Positions 38,670-48,180 of a stretch of 64,000 bases of DNA are shown here, piece after piece (position 1 is the stretch's first letter; every line of letters begins with the position of its first letter). The stretch is from Longimicrobiales bacterium (lineage in GTDB: Bacteria; Gemmatimonadota; Gemmatimonadetes; Longimicrobiales; Gaopeijiaceae), in the NCBI GenBank assembly GCA_965248195.1, contig CBDFIQ010000002.1, positions 320,001 to 384,000 on the forward strand. Direction: 5' to 3'. Made by a program: the position numbers and the translations under genes. Under the pieces are notes generated by a model. It saw nothing but the letters and a program-made list of their open reading frames with translations. It was not told where the DNA came from and made no database searches.

Positions 38670-40793
38670 ATGCACCAACACGGCGCTGTAAAACTGATCG
38701 GTCTGGCGGGATCACTGTTCACCGTGATGGTGGTAGCAGGGCTGATGCTCGCAGCCACCGATCAACCTACTGAGTTTACGGGCCAGGTGTTGAGCGCTTC
38801 TGGCGCTTTGGTCGTCGGCGGCGAGGCCACTAATCCCGGCCATCCCGTTGTCGGCGCAACGGTCCATCTAGTCCCGATCACGGCGCTTGACGTCACCACG
38901 CGAATGACTGCCAGTGCCATCTATGCTCCACCATACCCTGCAGAACTCTATGACGAACCGCTGGAGGACGCTATTCGACTAGGAGGAACAGGCTTTCCGC
39001 AAGCCACGACGGACTCGCAAGGCGAGTTCGTCATAACTAGTGTGCCCGACGGCAAGTTCTTCATTCATGTAACACCCGCCACAGGAGATACCGAGCACCT
39101 CCCCGGTGGGGACCAGAGCAGAAGAAGCTATCCAGCCGAATTGTTGCGCGGTGAATCGAGGACCATCAGGATCTCGAGCAGTCCTTCTCCGGCTGCCGTG
39201 GCGGTCGGAAGCTCGAGTTGTATGACATGCCATCAGGATGAAAGACACTGGCAACAAACCGCCCACAAAATCGGTTGGACCGTACCGGGAGCTCCCGGGC
39301 CGATGCAGGACTTCTCGAGACACCCGGACTACTTCGACGCACTCGAATCATTCCCCGAGGCGGACAATTACGAGAGCGGAACGCACCTGGAGCTGGGGGA
39401 TTACGATGCCCGGAGGAACAACGACAAATTCAAGTTGAGAGGATTTGGCGATTCTCGGCTGCCGATCGAGACGACCTATGCCGATGTCTATTTGTGGAAG
39501 AACAATGACGACGGCAAGTACTACATCACGATGGTGAACAGCCTCAACCCGACGGACCCCAATAGCCCAGCCCACCTGGAGATAAAGCTCCTATACGGCG
39601 GGGCGGTTCACGACCAGCGGTACATCGTCTCAGTTCCTCCGGGCCTAGGATCTCGGCTGGGATGGTATACCCTGCTTCGGTATAACATGACCGGGCGTGA
39701 CAACAGGTTGAACAGAGCGCGGCGAGTTTGGCACGACTACAAGTTCTACCTCTGGTGGGCCCCTGGTGAGGACGCCCAATACGGGACTTCCGACGATTTG
39801 ATCAAGGCTCCGCCGGTCAACACGAATACCGTTCAGACCATGTGCGCCAGCTGTCATCTAACGGGCTGGGAACGGTATGAAGACGAGGCCACCGGCCAGT
39901 TTCTGGTACGAGCCGTGAATGATCCCGGTGGCGCGATGAACATAGACGATGACCCCGAGATGGACGAGATCAATATCGGCTGCGAAAATTGCCACGGCCC
40001 CGGGTCGGAGCATGTGGCCAACGAAGGAAGATCCCGCTTTATCGTCAACCCCAAGTTTCTTTCGGCAGAGCGGTCCAGTGTGGTCTGCGGCAGGTGCCAC
40101 GACAGACGACAAGGGTATGGCGGAGAAATCGTGGGTTACACACAAGCTCTCAGCATGGCAGGAGAGCTCGCGAGGCCGGGAATAAGCCGCCACGCACTAA
40201 TTACGGAGTATACCGACCCGATCAAAAAGGGGCCTACCGTGCAAGGTCCTGGAAGAGAGAACAACATCTGGCCTGACGATATCCACTCGAGCAAACCTCA
40301 CCAGCAGTATTCGGATTTCCTGAAGTCGAAGATGTACAGAAACGATCGATTGCTGGTCACCTGCTCGGACTGCCATGACATGCATGGTGGCACACCGTAC
40401 TCACGCTCGCTGATTCACGACCCCGATGACTCCAGCTCCCCTCTGTGCCAGAGATGTCACCGTGTAGACATTCTGTCTCATATGGAAACGGAATTGAACG
40501 CGAAGATGAAGGGCGATCTGACACGCTGTATCGACTGTCATATGCCTGGAACAGCCAATACCGGGGGCATCGCAGGCAATTTTGGCAGGATGATAGAGAC
40601 GCCTCCATATGCCCATGCGGCCGACGAAGAGAATAACGCCTACTGGGAAGGCGCCATAAAATCGCATGTATTCGATGTGCCCTTGAAAACAAACGTTGGG
40701 GTCGACGGGGTGTTGCCGGGCAGGGCGATGCCCATTCCTTACACAGGCGCCTGCGGGACTTGCCATATTGTGAACGAGTTACCGTTCAGATAA
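38670..40793 (+). CDS. Octaheme c-type cytochrome with an N-terminal carboxypeptidase-regulatory-like beta domain
   Basis: Eight CxxCH motifs (CMTCH, CASCH, CENCH, CGRCH, CSDCH, CQRCH, CIDCH, CGTCH); N-terminal signal or anchor. Confidence 0.88.
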   Translation: MHQHGAVKLIGLAGSLFTVMVVAGLMLAATDQPTEFTGQVLSASGALVVGGEATNPGHPVVGATVHLVPITALDVTTRMTASAIYAPPYPAELYDEPLEDAIRLGGTGFPQATTDSQGEFVITSVPDGKFFIHVTPATGDTEHLPGGDQSRRSYPAELLRGESRTIRISSSPSPAAVAVGSSSCMTCHQDERHWQQTAHKIGWTVPGAPGPMQDFSRHPDYFDALESFPEADNYESGTHLELGDYDARRNNDKFKLRGFGDSRLPIETTYADVYLWKNNDDGKYYITMVNSLNPTDPNSPAHLEIKLLYGGAVHDQRYIVSVPPGLGSRLGWYTLLRYNMTGRDNRLNRARRVWHDYKFYLWWAPGEDAQYGTSDDLIKAPPVNTNTVQTMCASCHLTGWERYEDEATGQFLVRAVNDPGGAMNIDDDPEMDEINIGCENCHGPGSEHVANEGRSRFIVNPKFLSAERSSVVCGRCHDRRQGYGGEIVGYTQALSMAGELARPGISRHALITEYTDPIKKGPTVQGPGRENNIWPDDIHSSKPHQQYSDFLKSKMYRNDRLLVTCSDCHDMHGGTPYSRSLIHDPDDSSSPLCQRCHRVDILSHMETELNAKMKGDLTRCIDCHMPGTANTGGIAGNFGRMIETPPYAHAADEENNAYWEGAIKSHVFDVPLKTNVGVDGVLPGRAMPIPYTGACGTCHIVNELPFR

Positions 40794-40818
40794 TAGGCAT
40801 GGCGGATGGGAGGGTAAC

Positions 40819-41541
40819 ATGGTCGTGAAGACCCGCAGGCTCATTGCACTCGTAGGTCTTGGCGTCGGTGTGCTCGTGGCGGCGCCGGGAGAGGCCCAGG
40901 AGGGTGAGGGGTGCAAATTCCTGTGCGTACCGGAGCTGAAGATCGAGCCTACGCTCACCTTCGAAAATCTCGGAAACCGGGCGCGGGTCGAGGTCGCTGG
41001 GATCGTACAGGAGACGGCGCGAGAGACCGTCTTCGAGCTGATCTTCGCGTTGGAGGTACCCACCGAGATCCCGCGAGTAGGGCTGAGCTTCGAGTTGATC
41101 GTCGCCGCCTTCGCGAGTACCTCCGAGCACCCGTTTACGGGCGCCACGGCGGCGGGGTTGGGCCGGGACGACATCCGCGACAACGTGGTAGAAATCGAAA
41201 GCGAGCTCAACCTGGATCTGGTCGACTCCGATCAGACGGGGGGTTGGCTGTCGTCCCACTTTGACATCGTCGACAAGTTCAGTCCGGGTGAACGGCCGGA
41301 CGCCGCCAGCGTTTATACGCACAAGCTCGACTTGGAGTTGGATACCGCGTTCCACCTCTTCAATTGGCTGCCCGAGGGTCGCTGGCTACGGAACGCGGAA
41401 CTGGAGCTCTCTATCGACTACCTCGCGACGGGTTTGCCGAGGGCGGGCGACCTGATCGGGGACGAGCTCTTTCTCGACGATGCGAGCCCCTGGTCGCTCT
41501 CCCTCGTTATCGTGCTTCCATTGGCTCCACTGGATCCGTGA
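40819..41541 (+). CDS. Exported hypothetical protein, possible outer-membrane beta-barrel
   Basis: Signal peptide (GEA-QEG), amphipathic strands such as ELELSIDY and WSLSLVIVLP; GGAGG ribosome-binding site; 25 bp after the cytochrome. Confidence 0.6.
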   Translation: MVVKTRRLIALVGLGVGVLVAAPGEAQEGEGCKFLCVPELKIEPTLTFENLGNRARVEVAGIVQETARETVFELIFALEVPTEIPRVGLSFELIVAAFASTSEHPFTGATAAGLGRDDIRDNVVEIESELNLDLVDSDQTGGWLSSHFDIVDKFSPGERPDAASVYTHKLDLELDTAFHLFNWLPEGRWLRNAELELSIDYLATGLPRAGDLIGDELFLDDASPWSLSLVIVLPLAPLDP

Positions 41542-41581
41542 GGGCATTTGGTGCGCCTGGGCAGATAGGGGGTCGCGGCCA

Positions 41582-42235
41582 TCACTCCGGGGTCACCGAC
41601 CAGTCGAAGTGGCTGTGGAGGGCATGTGTGCCGTTGTTCCTCACCGCGATTTCGCCGTCGTCGTACGTCGTGTCGCCCTGTGCGATCACCTGAGTGGAAG
41701 CGTGAACTTGATTGAACATATTTCTGAAGGTAACGGGCTGCTTCCGGTCCCACCCTCGGATGTTTTCGATCGTACTCTCCAGAAGCCCCTCGACCACGAC
41801 CCGCTTCACCGCATCCTCGTCGGTGATCTCGATGGGAAGCGTACGGGTGGGCAGCCGTCGTTCGACGAAACCATCGAGTAGCTCCCAGGGTCCGCCTGCG
41901 CGCCCCGTGAGGATGGTTTCCACAGAAGATCGTTGCGCCTGGGAAGCACGCGCGTCGATGATGACGGTTTCGGTCCAACCGCCAGAGATCATGTGTTGTG
42001 GACAGTCATATCCGATGACGGCGGTTACGCCCGTGAGGTCCACGGCGCCGTACGAGCCCTCATCGAAGCGCATCGCCCAATAGCCGATGCAGCGCTCATG
42101 GGTACATTTGTTCGAGAAGTGGACGTGACCCGGACAAACCACCTGGCAGTTGCAGTTCTCGAACAGGAGGCCCTTGGCCCACCAAGCGGGGAAAGGTGCG
42201 CTGGATTCGGTCATCTCGCTGCCAGGCCTCTTCAT
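41582..42235 (-). CDS. DUF1326-family metal-binding protein
   Basis: W..KG.LFENCNCQVVCP, IIDARAS.AQR, ILTGRAGGPW. Confidence 0.8.
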   Translation of the reverse strand: MKRPGSEMTESSAPFPAWWAKGLLFENCNCQVVCPGHVHFSNKCTHERCIGYWAMRFDEGSYGAVDLTGVTAVIGYDCPQHMISGGWTETVIIDARASQAQRSSVETILTGRAGGPWELLDGFVERRLPTRTLPIEITDEDAVKRVVVEGLLESTIENIRGWDRKQPVTFRNMFNQVHASTQVIAQGDTTYDDGEIAVRNNGTHALHSHFDWSVTPE

Positions 42236-42243
42236 CTACGGCT

Positions 42244-43368
42244 TCACCAGCTCACACGCAGACCGGTCGTCGAAGCGACGCCGGCGTATGCCCCACCATC
42301 CTGGGCACTGTCGTTCATATCTGCGAACTGTAGACCGCTCTGCAATTTCAGCTTGTGGCCGTAGAAGTAGTAATTGACCCCTACGTAGAACTCGTTGTAG
42401 CGATCCCCACGACCAGCCGTCACCTGACTCTCGTATCGCGCCAAGCGGACACCGTTGGCATCTTTACTGCGGAGGTAGGTGTGGCGGCCAGCAACCTGGA
42501 GGCGAGAGGTAAGGTTAAAGAACGGCATCGTCATCACACCCCACAAGTCGCTCTGGGCCATGTAACCAGACCCCGTGGAGAAATCAGCCTGGAAACCCCA
42601 CCGATCGACCTCGAACCTGAAGTTCACGGAAGCCACGTGCTGAAGCTGTAGTGTGAAAGTGTTGTTCGAATCAGGATCCTGATATACGTAGTCTCCTCTC
42701 AGCCGCGCGTCTTCAACTCCAAGAGCCTCGGAGAAGTCGTAGCCAAGGGACAGGAGCCCAAAAGCACTCCCGTTGAACTCACCAAACCACCGATTCTCTT
42801 TGCCTCCAGTGTAAACGCCCAACTGGTAAACCCAGTTCGAGTGCCCGCCCGAAGCGCTTACGCCGGGGATGTACTCCTCGGGAAACCACATGTTGTTGGC
42901 GAGATTGCTGCGATCTATGGTCAGAAGCTCCTTTGACGAGGTCGACCCGTCCATGGTGAATGAAACTCCTTGCTTACCGACCGTCAGCGCGAAGAATTCG
43001 CTCGCCTCCCATTCGACATAAGTATCTGTGAGCCTCTTGTAGAACGGGTCTCTTTCCTGAGGATTGAAGTCGGCCTCCACGTGGACGGTGAGCTGATGGA
43101 ACAACTCTGATCGCACGCCGAGCCGCATACGTCGGACATTCCATTCCTCGTGCGTTCCCTGGTCTGCGTCGATGGCCGAAAACTCGTACTGAAACCTTCC
43201 GCTGAAGAGCACGCTCTGAACCGTCTCGTTCTGGTCGTTGCGGTGCCACTCGGCGAACTTCCAGATGTCATCGTAGGTTGACTGTGACGTGGCCTGCTCG
43301 GGTGCGGTCAGCGCCAATAATCCGGTCACAGTGATGGCGAAAACGCTACAAGTCCGATTGAATCTCAC
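42244..43368 (-). CDS. OprO/OprP-like porin
   Basis: SGRFQY, VRRMRLG, LTIDRS, GVNYYFYGHKLKLQ, terminal Trp. Confidence 0.8.
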   Translation of the reverse strand: MRFNRTCSVFAITVTGLLALTAPEQATSQSTYDDIWKFAEWHRNDQNETVQSVLFSGRFQYEFSAIDADQGTHEEWNVRRMRLGVRSELFHQLTVHVEADFNPQERDPFYKRLTDTYVEWEASEFFALTVGKQGVSFTMDGSTSSKELLTIDRSNLANNMWFPEEYIPGVSASGGHSNWVYQLGVYTGGKENRWFGEFNGSAFGLLSLGYDFSEALGVEDARLRGDYVYQDPDSNNTFTLQLQHVASVNFRFEVDRWGFQADFSTGSGYMAQSDLWGVMTMPFFNLTSRLQVAGRHTYLRSKDANGVRLARYESQVTAGRGDRYNEFYVGVNYYFYGHKLKLQSGLQFADMNDSAQDGGAYAGVASTTGLRVSW

Positions 43369-43406
43369 GCGCTGCTCCCCTTGAAATCTGAAGAGCCGTC
43401 CGGGCC

Positions 43407-45128
43407 CTACACGCTGATCTCGTGAGCTTCCCCGGCACCTTGCGGCACGCGGATGACTTCGACCAGCTCCGCGATCCGGGGCGGCGGCGCAGGCGTGAAC
43501 CAGGAGACCATGATCGCAACCATGAAGTTCACGAGCATACCCAGGGTGCCGATCCCTTCGGGCGAGATGCCGAACCACCAGTACTCGGCAGTGTTCGCGC
43601 TCGGGTTGATGAACTTGAAGTAAACGATGTACGAGGCTGTGAGCGTAATGCCTGCGATCATCCCCAGAATGGCTCCTTCGCGGTTCATGCGCTTGGAGAA
43701 AATCCCCATGATGATGGCCGGGAAGAAGGAAGCCGCCGCGAGCCCGAACGCGAACGCGACGACCTCTGCGACGAATCCTGGCGGATTGATCCCGAGGTAG
43801 CCCGCCACCATCACGGCGAGCCCGGCGCTGACGCGGGCCGCGATGAGCTCTCCGCGTTCTGTGATGTCCGGCTTGAAGCTGCGCTTGAGAAGGTCGTGGC
43901 TCACCGCGGCTGAAACCACGAGGAGCAGTCCGGCGGCTGTGGACAAGGCGGCGGCCAGCCCGCCGGCCGCCACCAGGCCGATGACCCAGTTGGGTAGGCC
44001 CGAGATTTCCGGGTTGGCCAGGACTATGATGTCCTGATCGATGGTGAGCTCGTTCTCGATCGGAGCCCCTGATGCGTCCCGCGCCCCCGGACCGACGTAT
44101 TGAATGATGCCATCCTCGTTCCGGTCATCGAACGAGATCAGCCCCGTTGCCTCCCAGGTCGAGAACCATTCGGGCATCTCCGAGTACGGCTGCTCCGACA
44201 CCGTGTTCAGCAGGTTGGTCCGCGCGAAGACGGCAACGGCGGGCGCAGCCGTGTAAAGCATGGCGATGAACACCAGCGCAAAGCCGACGCTGATGCGGGC
44301 GTCCCTCACCCTGGGCACGGTGTAGAATCGGATGATCACGTGTGGGAGACCGGCGGTACCCACCATGAGGGCGGCCGTAATGAAGAAGACGTCGATCGTG
44401 GATTTTTCGCCGGATGTATACGCAGCGAAGCCCAGCTCGCGGTGCAGATCGTTCAGACGGTCGAGCAGGAAGGTTCCGCTCGTTTGGTCCACTCCGCCGA
44501 ATCCAATTTGAGGGACGACGTTGCCGGTGATCAGGAGCGAGAGGAAGATCGCTGGCACCAGATAGGCGAAGATCAAGACGCAGTACTGTGCGACCTGCGT
44601 ATAGGTGATGCCCTTCATCCCGCCCAGGACGGCGTAGAAGAAAACGATACCCATGCCGATGAACACCCCGATCTCGATGGGTACCTCGAGGAAGCGGCTG
44701 AAGACGATCCCCACGCCGCGCATCTGGCCGGCCACATAGGTAAAGGACACGAAGATGGCGCACACCACCGCCACGATGCGTGCTGTTTGCGAATAGTATC
44801 GGTCCCCTACGAAATCGGGCACCGTGTAGGCACCGAACTTCCGGAGGTAGGGGGCGAGAAGAAGCGCCAGGAGTACGTACCCGCCGGTCCACCCCATGAG
44901 GTACACCGACCCGTCATAGCCCCGGAAGGAGATGAGCCCTGCCATGGAGATGAACGACGCCGCCGACATCCAGTCCGCCGCAGTGGCCATGCCGTTCGCC
45001 AGGGGTGAAACCCCGGTCCCCGCGACGTAGAACTCGCTCGTGGAGTGCGCCCGGGACCAGATGGCGATGCCGATGTAGAGGGCGAAGGAAAGCCCCACCA
45101 ATACGAAGGTCCAGGCTTGGACGTTCAT
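43407..45128 (-). CDS. actP: Sodium:solute symporter, ActP-like
   Basis: NGMATAADWMSAASFISMAG, GWTGGY, TVPDFVGDRY, LMVGTAGLPHVIIRFYT, AAALSTAAGLL. Confidence 0.8.
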   Translation of the reverse strand: MNVQAWTFVLVGLSFALYIGIAIWSRAHSTSEFYVAGTGVSPLANGMATAADWMSAASFISMAGLISFRGYDGSVYLMGWTGGYVLLALLLAPYLRKFGAYTVPDFVGDRYYSQTARIVAVVCAIFVSFTYVAGQMRGVGIVFSRFLEVPIEIGVFIGMGIVFFYAVLGGMKGITYTQVAQYCVLIFAYLVPAIFLSLLITGNVVPQIGFGGVDQTSGTFLLDRLNDLHRELGFAAYTSGEKSTIDVFFITAALMVGTAGLPHVIIRFYTVPRVRDARISVGFALVFIAMLYTAAPAVAVFARTNLLNTVSEQPYSEMPEWFSTWEATGLISFDDRNEDGIIQYVGPGARDASGAPIENELTIDQDIIVLANPEISGLPNWVIGLVAAGGLAAALSTAAGLLLVVSAAVSHDLLKRSFKPDITERGELIAARVSAGLAVMVAGYLGINPPGFVAEVVAFAFGLAAASFFPAIIMGIFSKRMNREGAILGMIAGITLTASYIVYFKFINPSANTAEYWWFGISPEGIGTLGMLVNFMVAIMVSWFTPAPPPRIAELVEVIRVPQGAGEAHEISV

Positions 45129-45138
45129 CGTGCGCCGA

Positions 45139-45426
45139 TCACTCGGCGTCCTCGTCGACTCCAAACTCGCGGTCGAGGCGGTTCATGAGGAACACGTACA
45201 CGAAAATCAAGACCACGAACACGTAGATGGAGCCCTGTTGCGCGAACCAGAAGCCGAGTGGGAAGCCGGTTCCCGGCAGGCGGATACGGTTCAACGGCTC
45301 GACGAAGAGGATGCCCGCGCCGTATGAAATCACGAACCATACGACCAGCAACATGCCCACGTACGTGAGATTCTTGCGCCAGTAGCCTTCATTGGAGACG
45401 GCGCGACGGTCAGGCGGGAGTGTCAT
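45139..45426 (-). CDS. DUF4212 small subunit of SSS transporter
   Basis: YWRKNL, GFPLGFWFAQQGSIYVF, LDREFGVDE. Confidence 0.88.
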   Translation of the reverse strand: MTLPPDRRAVSNEGYWRKNLTYVGMLLVVWFVISYGAGILFVEPLNRIRLPGTGFPLGFWFAQQGSIYVFVVLIFVYVFLMNRLDREFGVDEDAE

Positions 45427-45523
45427 GGCGGGGGTACTTTGGCGGCTCGACCACGGTGTGGCAAGCGGGTCGCCAGCCAAGATGAAGCGTTTGCCGTGGC
45501 GCGAGAGGCGGCCATATTGAGCT

Positions 45524-45943
45524 ATGACCGAATTCTTACCACTCGTTCTCCTTTTCCTTTTTGGGGGATTTGCGGCTGTTTCCGCGCTGTTGAAGAGCCG
45601 CGCCCGATTGAAGGCGCCGTTAGGCGTAGGCCTCACAGTGCTGGAGGGAATCTCTGGGATGGTGTTGATGGGGGCCTCCCTCCCCATGTCGGGATCCTTG
45701 GAGACGGCCTCCCGGATCGGCATCGTTACCGCGGTGTTGGTGGGAGTTTCGTCCGCGGTCCACCTGGTGAAAATCCGTGATCGTGGCCGAGATCTCGAGG
45801 CGTCGGAGGGGAAGCGGCTCTCTGCCGCCATCGGTTATCAGACAGGGGATGACCCGAGCGTGATCGGAGCGGAGCCCTCGGACGTGGATGACTCGACGCA
45901 CCCGGGAGATCCTGATGATAACCCCGGGGATACCCTCAGTTAA
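45524..45943 (+). CDS. Hypothetical 3-TM membrane protein
   Basis: Three hydrophobic segments and an acidic tail. Confidence 0.5.
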   Translation: MTEFLPLVLLFLFGGFAAVSALLKSRARLKAPLGVGLTVLEGISGMVLMGASLPMSGSLETASRIGIVTAVLVGVSSAVHLVKIRDRGRDLEASEGKRLSAAIGYQTGDDPSVIGAEPSDVDDSTHPGDPDDNPGDTLS

Positions 45944-46006
45944 ATCGCAATAAGGCCGGAGACACCGCCAGGCTGCGTAAGATTTAGCTTGTAGGCTGGC
46001 TTCTGG

Positions 46007-48151
46007 GTGGGGAATATTGAAGGACATGAAAAATTTCTCCACGCCCCTGCGTCGGGCCGGCTTAGAGATCGCGGCTTTTTCTTCGTGGTCTTGTTTCAGG
46101 AGTTGGCGCTGATTCGTTGGCTTCCGGTGCAGGTCAGGGTCATCGCCTACTTCCCGAATCTCATCCTGATCAGCTCCTTTCTCGGGTTGGGAATCGGGGC
46201 CCTGAGAGGAAGAAAGAAGTCGATGCTCTGGCTTTGGCCGCTCACGCTGGCGGTAGTCGTCGCGGTGGCGATGGGTTTGAGCAAGATCGCCTTCACCGCC
46301 GACTCGGTGAGCGAGCATCTCTGGCTGCTCTACTACGACCTCGGACCGGAGGCCATCGTCGTCGATGGAGTCCGCCTGCCCATCATTCTGCTCTTCGTAC
46401 TTTCGGCGGCTTCCTTCGTGCCGCTGGGACAGTTCGTCGGTCAGCGGCTCGATCGTTTCCGTCGCGAGTCGAGTTCTCTCTGGGGCTACAGCCTCGATCT
46501 GCTCGGGTCCCTCCTCGGAGTCATCGCGTTCGCCGTGGTTTCGTTCATCGGCGCGTGGCCGGTCACGTGGTTCGCCCTGATCGGGCTCGTAGGGCTGTTG
46601 GTGATCGCGGGCAAGAAGCGGCTTTGGGCGTATTACGGCGTCGTGATGATCGCCATCGTGGTGGCGGTGCAGGCAACCGAGCCGGCGACGGATTACAGTC
46701 CGTATTACGCCCTGGCCACCGTACCTACACCTGAGGAGCCCGGGTTTGCAGTGATCGCCAACGGCTCCATCCATCAGCGTGCGCTGAACCTGGTACAACC
46801 TCCCTCCGGGGATGACGGCGAGTACTGGCTGACCCGTACAGGATACCACCTACCTGTCCGGCAGATGGCGGGCCCAAAAGGCAGGGCGCTCGTCCTGGGA
46901 GCGGGCACCGGCAACGACGTGGCGATGTTGCTCGACGAGGGATTCTTGGAGGTTCACGCCGTCGAGATCGATCCGATTATTCTCCAGATGGGGCGCGACC
47001 ACCCGAACCGCCCGTACGACTCGGACAGGGTCACGGTGTTCAATCAGGATGGGCGCGCCTTTTTGAGGGACACGGAATACCGATACGACCTGATCGTATT
47101 CGGGACTCTGGACTCGATGACCCGTTTGTCTGCCCTCTCGAGCGTGCGTCTCGATAACTTCGTTTATACGAGGGAGGCGATCGAAGCCGCCGCCTCACGC
47201 CTGACTCCCGAAGGGGGGCTCGTCCTGTATTTCATGATCGGGGACAGTTACATCGGCGATCATCTCACTGGCATCCTTGCTAGTACTTTCGACGCTCTTC
47301 CAGCGGTTCATTTCACCAACTATGCCCTCTTCAATACGATCTTCGCGTCAGGGCCCGCCTTTGCCCATCTTTCGCAGCCGACGCCCGAGGCGGTTGACGA
47401 ATACTACAACGTGACCCTCCCGTCGCTCGATCTTCCCACCGACGATTGGCCTTTTCTGTACCTTCCGAAAAGGGGGGTCGGCGGGTTCTACTTGTCGCTC
47501 ATGGCCACTTTCCTCGCCATCGCCGTCGTCGGGATCCTGGTGAGTTCCCGTGAGCTGCGCGAAGGGCTGCTCAAGCGGGGCGAGGTAGACTGGGAGATGT
47601 TTCTCTTCGGTCTCGCATTTCTCCTGATCGAGACCAAGTTCGTGACCACGATGAATCTGGTGTGGGGGGCCACATGGCTCACGAGCGCGGTCGTATTCGG
47701 GGCCATTCTGGCCATGATCTTGATTGGCACCGTGCTCATGGAGTTGCGCCCCCTTCCCTGGGCTTGGGCAGCCGCCGGGCTCGTTCTTGCGCTGTTCGCC
47801 ACCTACCTGGTTCCGACAGAAGCCTTGGCCGGACGCTCAACGGCCGTTCGTCTGTTGCTGTCTGTTCTTATGGTCGGAGGCCCGATTTTCTTCGCCTCCG
47901 TATGCTTCGCGCTGCGCTTCCGGGTGCGTCCGGCGGCGGACATCGCCTTCGGGTGGAACCTACTGGGTGCGGTGGCTGGGGGGCTTTTGGAGTTCTTCTC
48001 GATGTCATTGGGCCTCAAGGCGTTGACGCTGATCGCGATCGTAGCCTACCTCAGCGCCTTCCTGATCCGCTCGCGGATGTCAGGCCCTCAGGTCGCTGAG
48101 GCGGCGGCGAACCGTGACGCTCAGCCCCACGTTCTTGCAGAGGTCCGCTAG
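46007..48151 (+). CDS. Membrane-integral spermidine-synthase-like SAM-fold protein
   Basis: N- and C-terminal TM bundles flanking LVLGAGTGNDVA, VEID, DGRAFL, YDLI, TDDWPFLY; start uncertain. Confidence 0.8.
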   Translation: MGNIEGHEKFLHAPASGRLRDRGFFFVVLFQELALIRWLPVQVRVIAYFPNLILISSFLGLGIGALRGRKKSMLWLWPLTLAVVVAVAMGLSKIAFTADSVSEHLWLLYYDLGPEAIVVDGVRLPIILLFVLSAASFVPLGQFVGQRLDRFRRESSSLWGYSLDLLGSLLGVIAFAVVSFIGAWPVTWFALIGLVGLLVIAGKKRLWAYYGVVMIAIVVAVQATEPATDYSPYYALATVPTPEEPGFAVIANGSIHQRALNLVQPPSGDDGEYWLTRTGYHLPVRQMAGPKGRALVLGAGTGNDVAMLLDEGFLEVHAVEIDPIILQMGRDHPNRPYDSDRVTVFNQDGRAFLRDTEYRYDLIVFGTLDSMTRLSALSSVRLDNFVYTREAIEAAASRLTPEGGLVLYFMIGDSYIGDHLTGILASTFDALPAVHFTNYALFNTIFASGPAFAHLSQPTPEAVDEYYNVTLPSLDLPTDDWPFLYLPKRGVGGFYLSLMATFLAIAVVGILVSSRELREGLLKRGEVDWEMFLFGLAFLLIETKFVTTMNLVWGATWLTSAVVFGAILAMILIGTVLMELRPLPWAWAAAGLVLALFATYLVPTEALAGRSTAVRLLLSVLMVGGPIFFASVCFALRFRVRPAADIAFGWNLLGAVAGGLLEFFSMSLGLKALTLIAIVAYLSAFLIRSRMSGPQVAEAAANRDAQPHVLAEVR

Positions 48152-48180
48152 GCTACTTCTTCATCTAGAGTACTTCTTCA

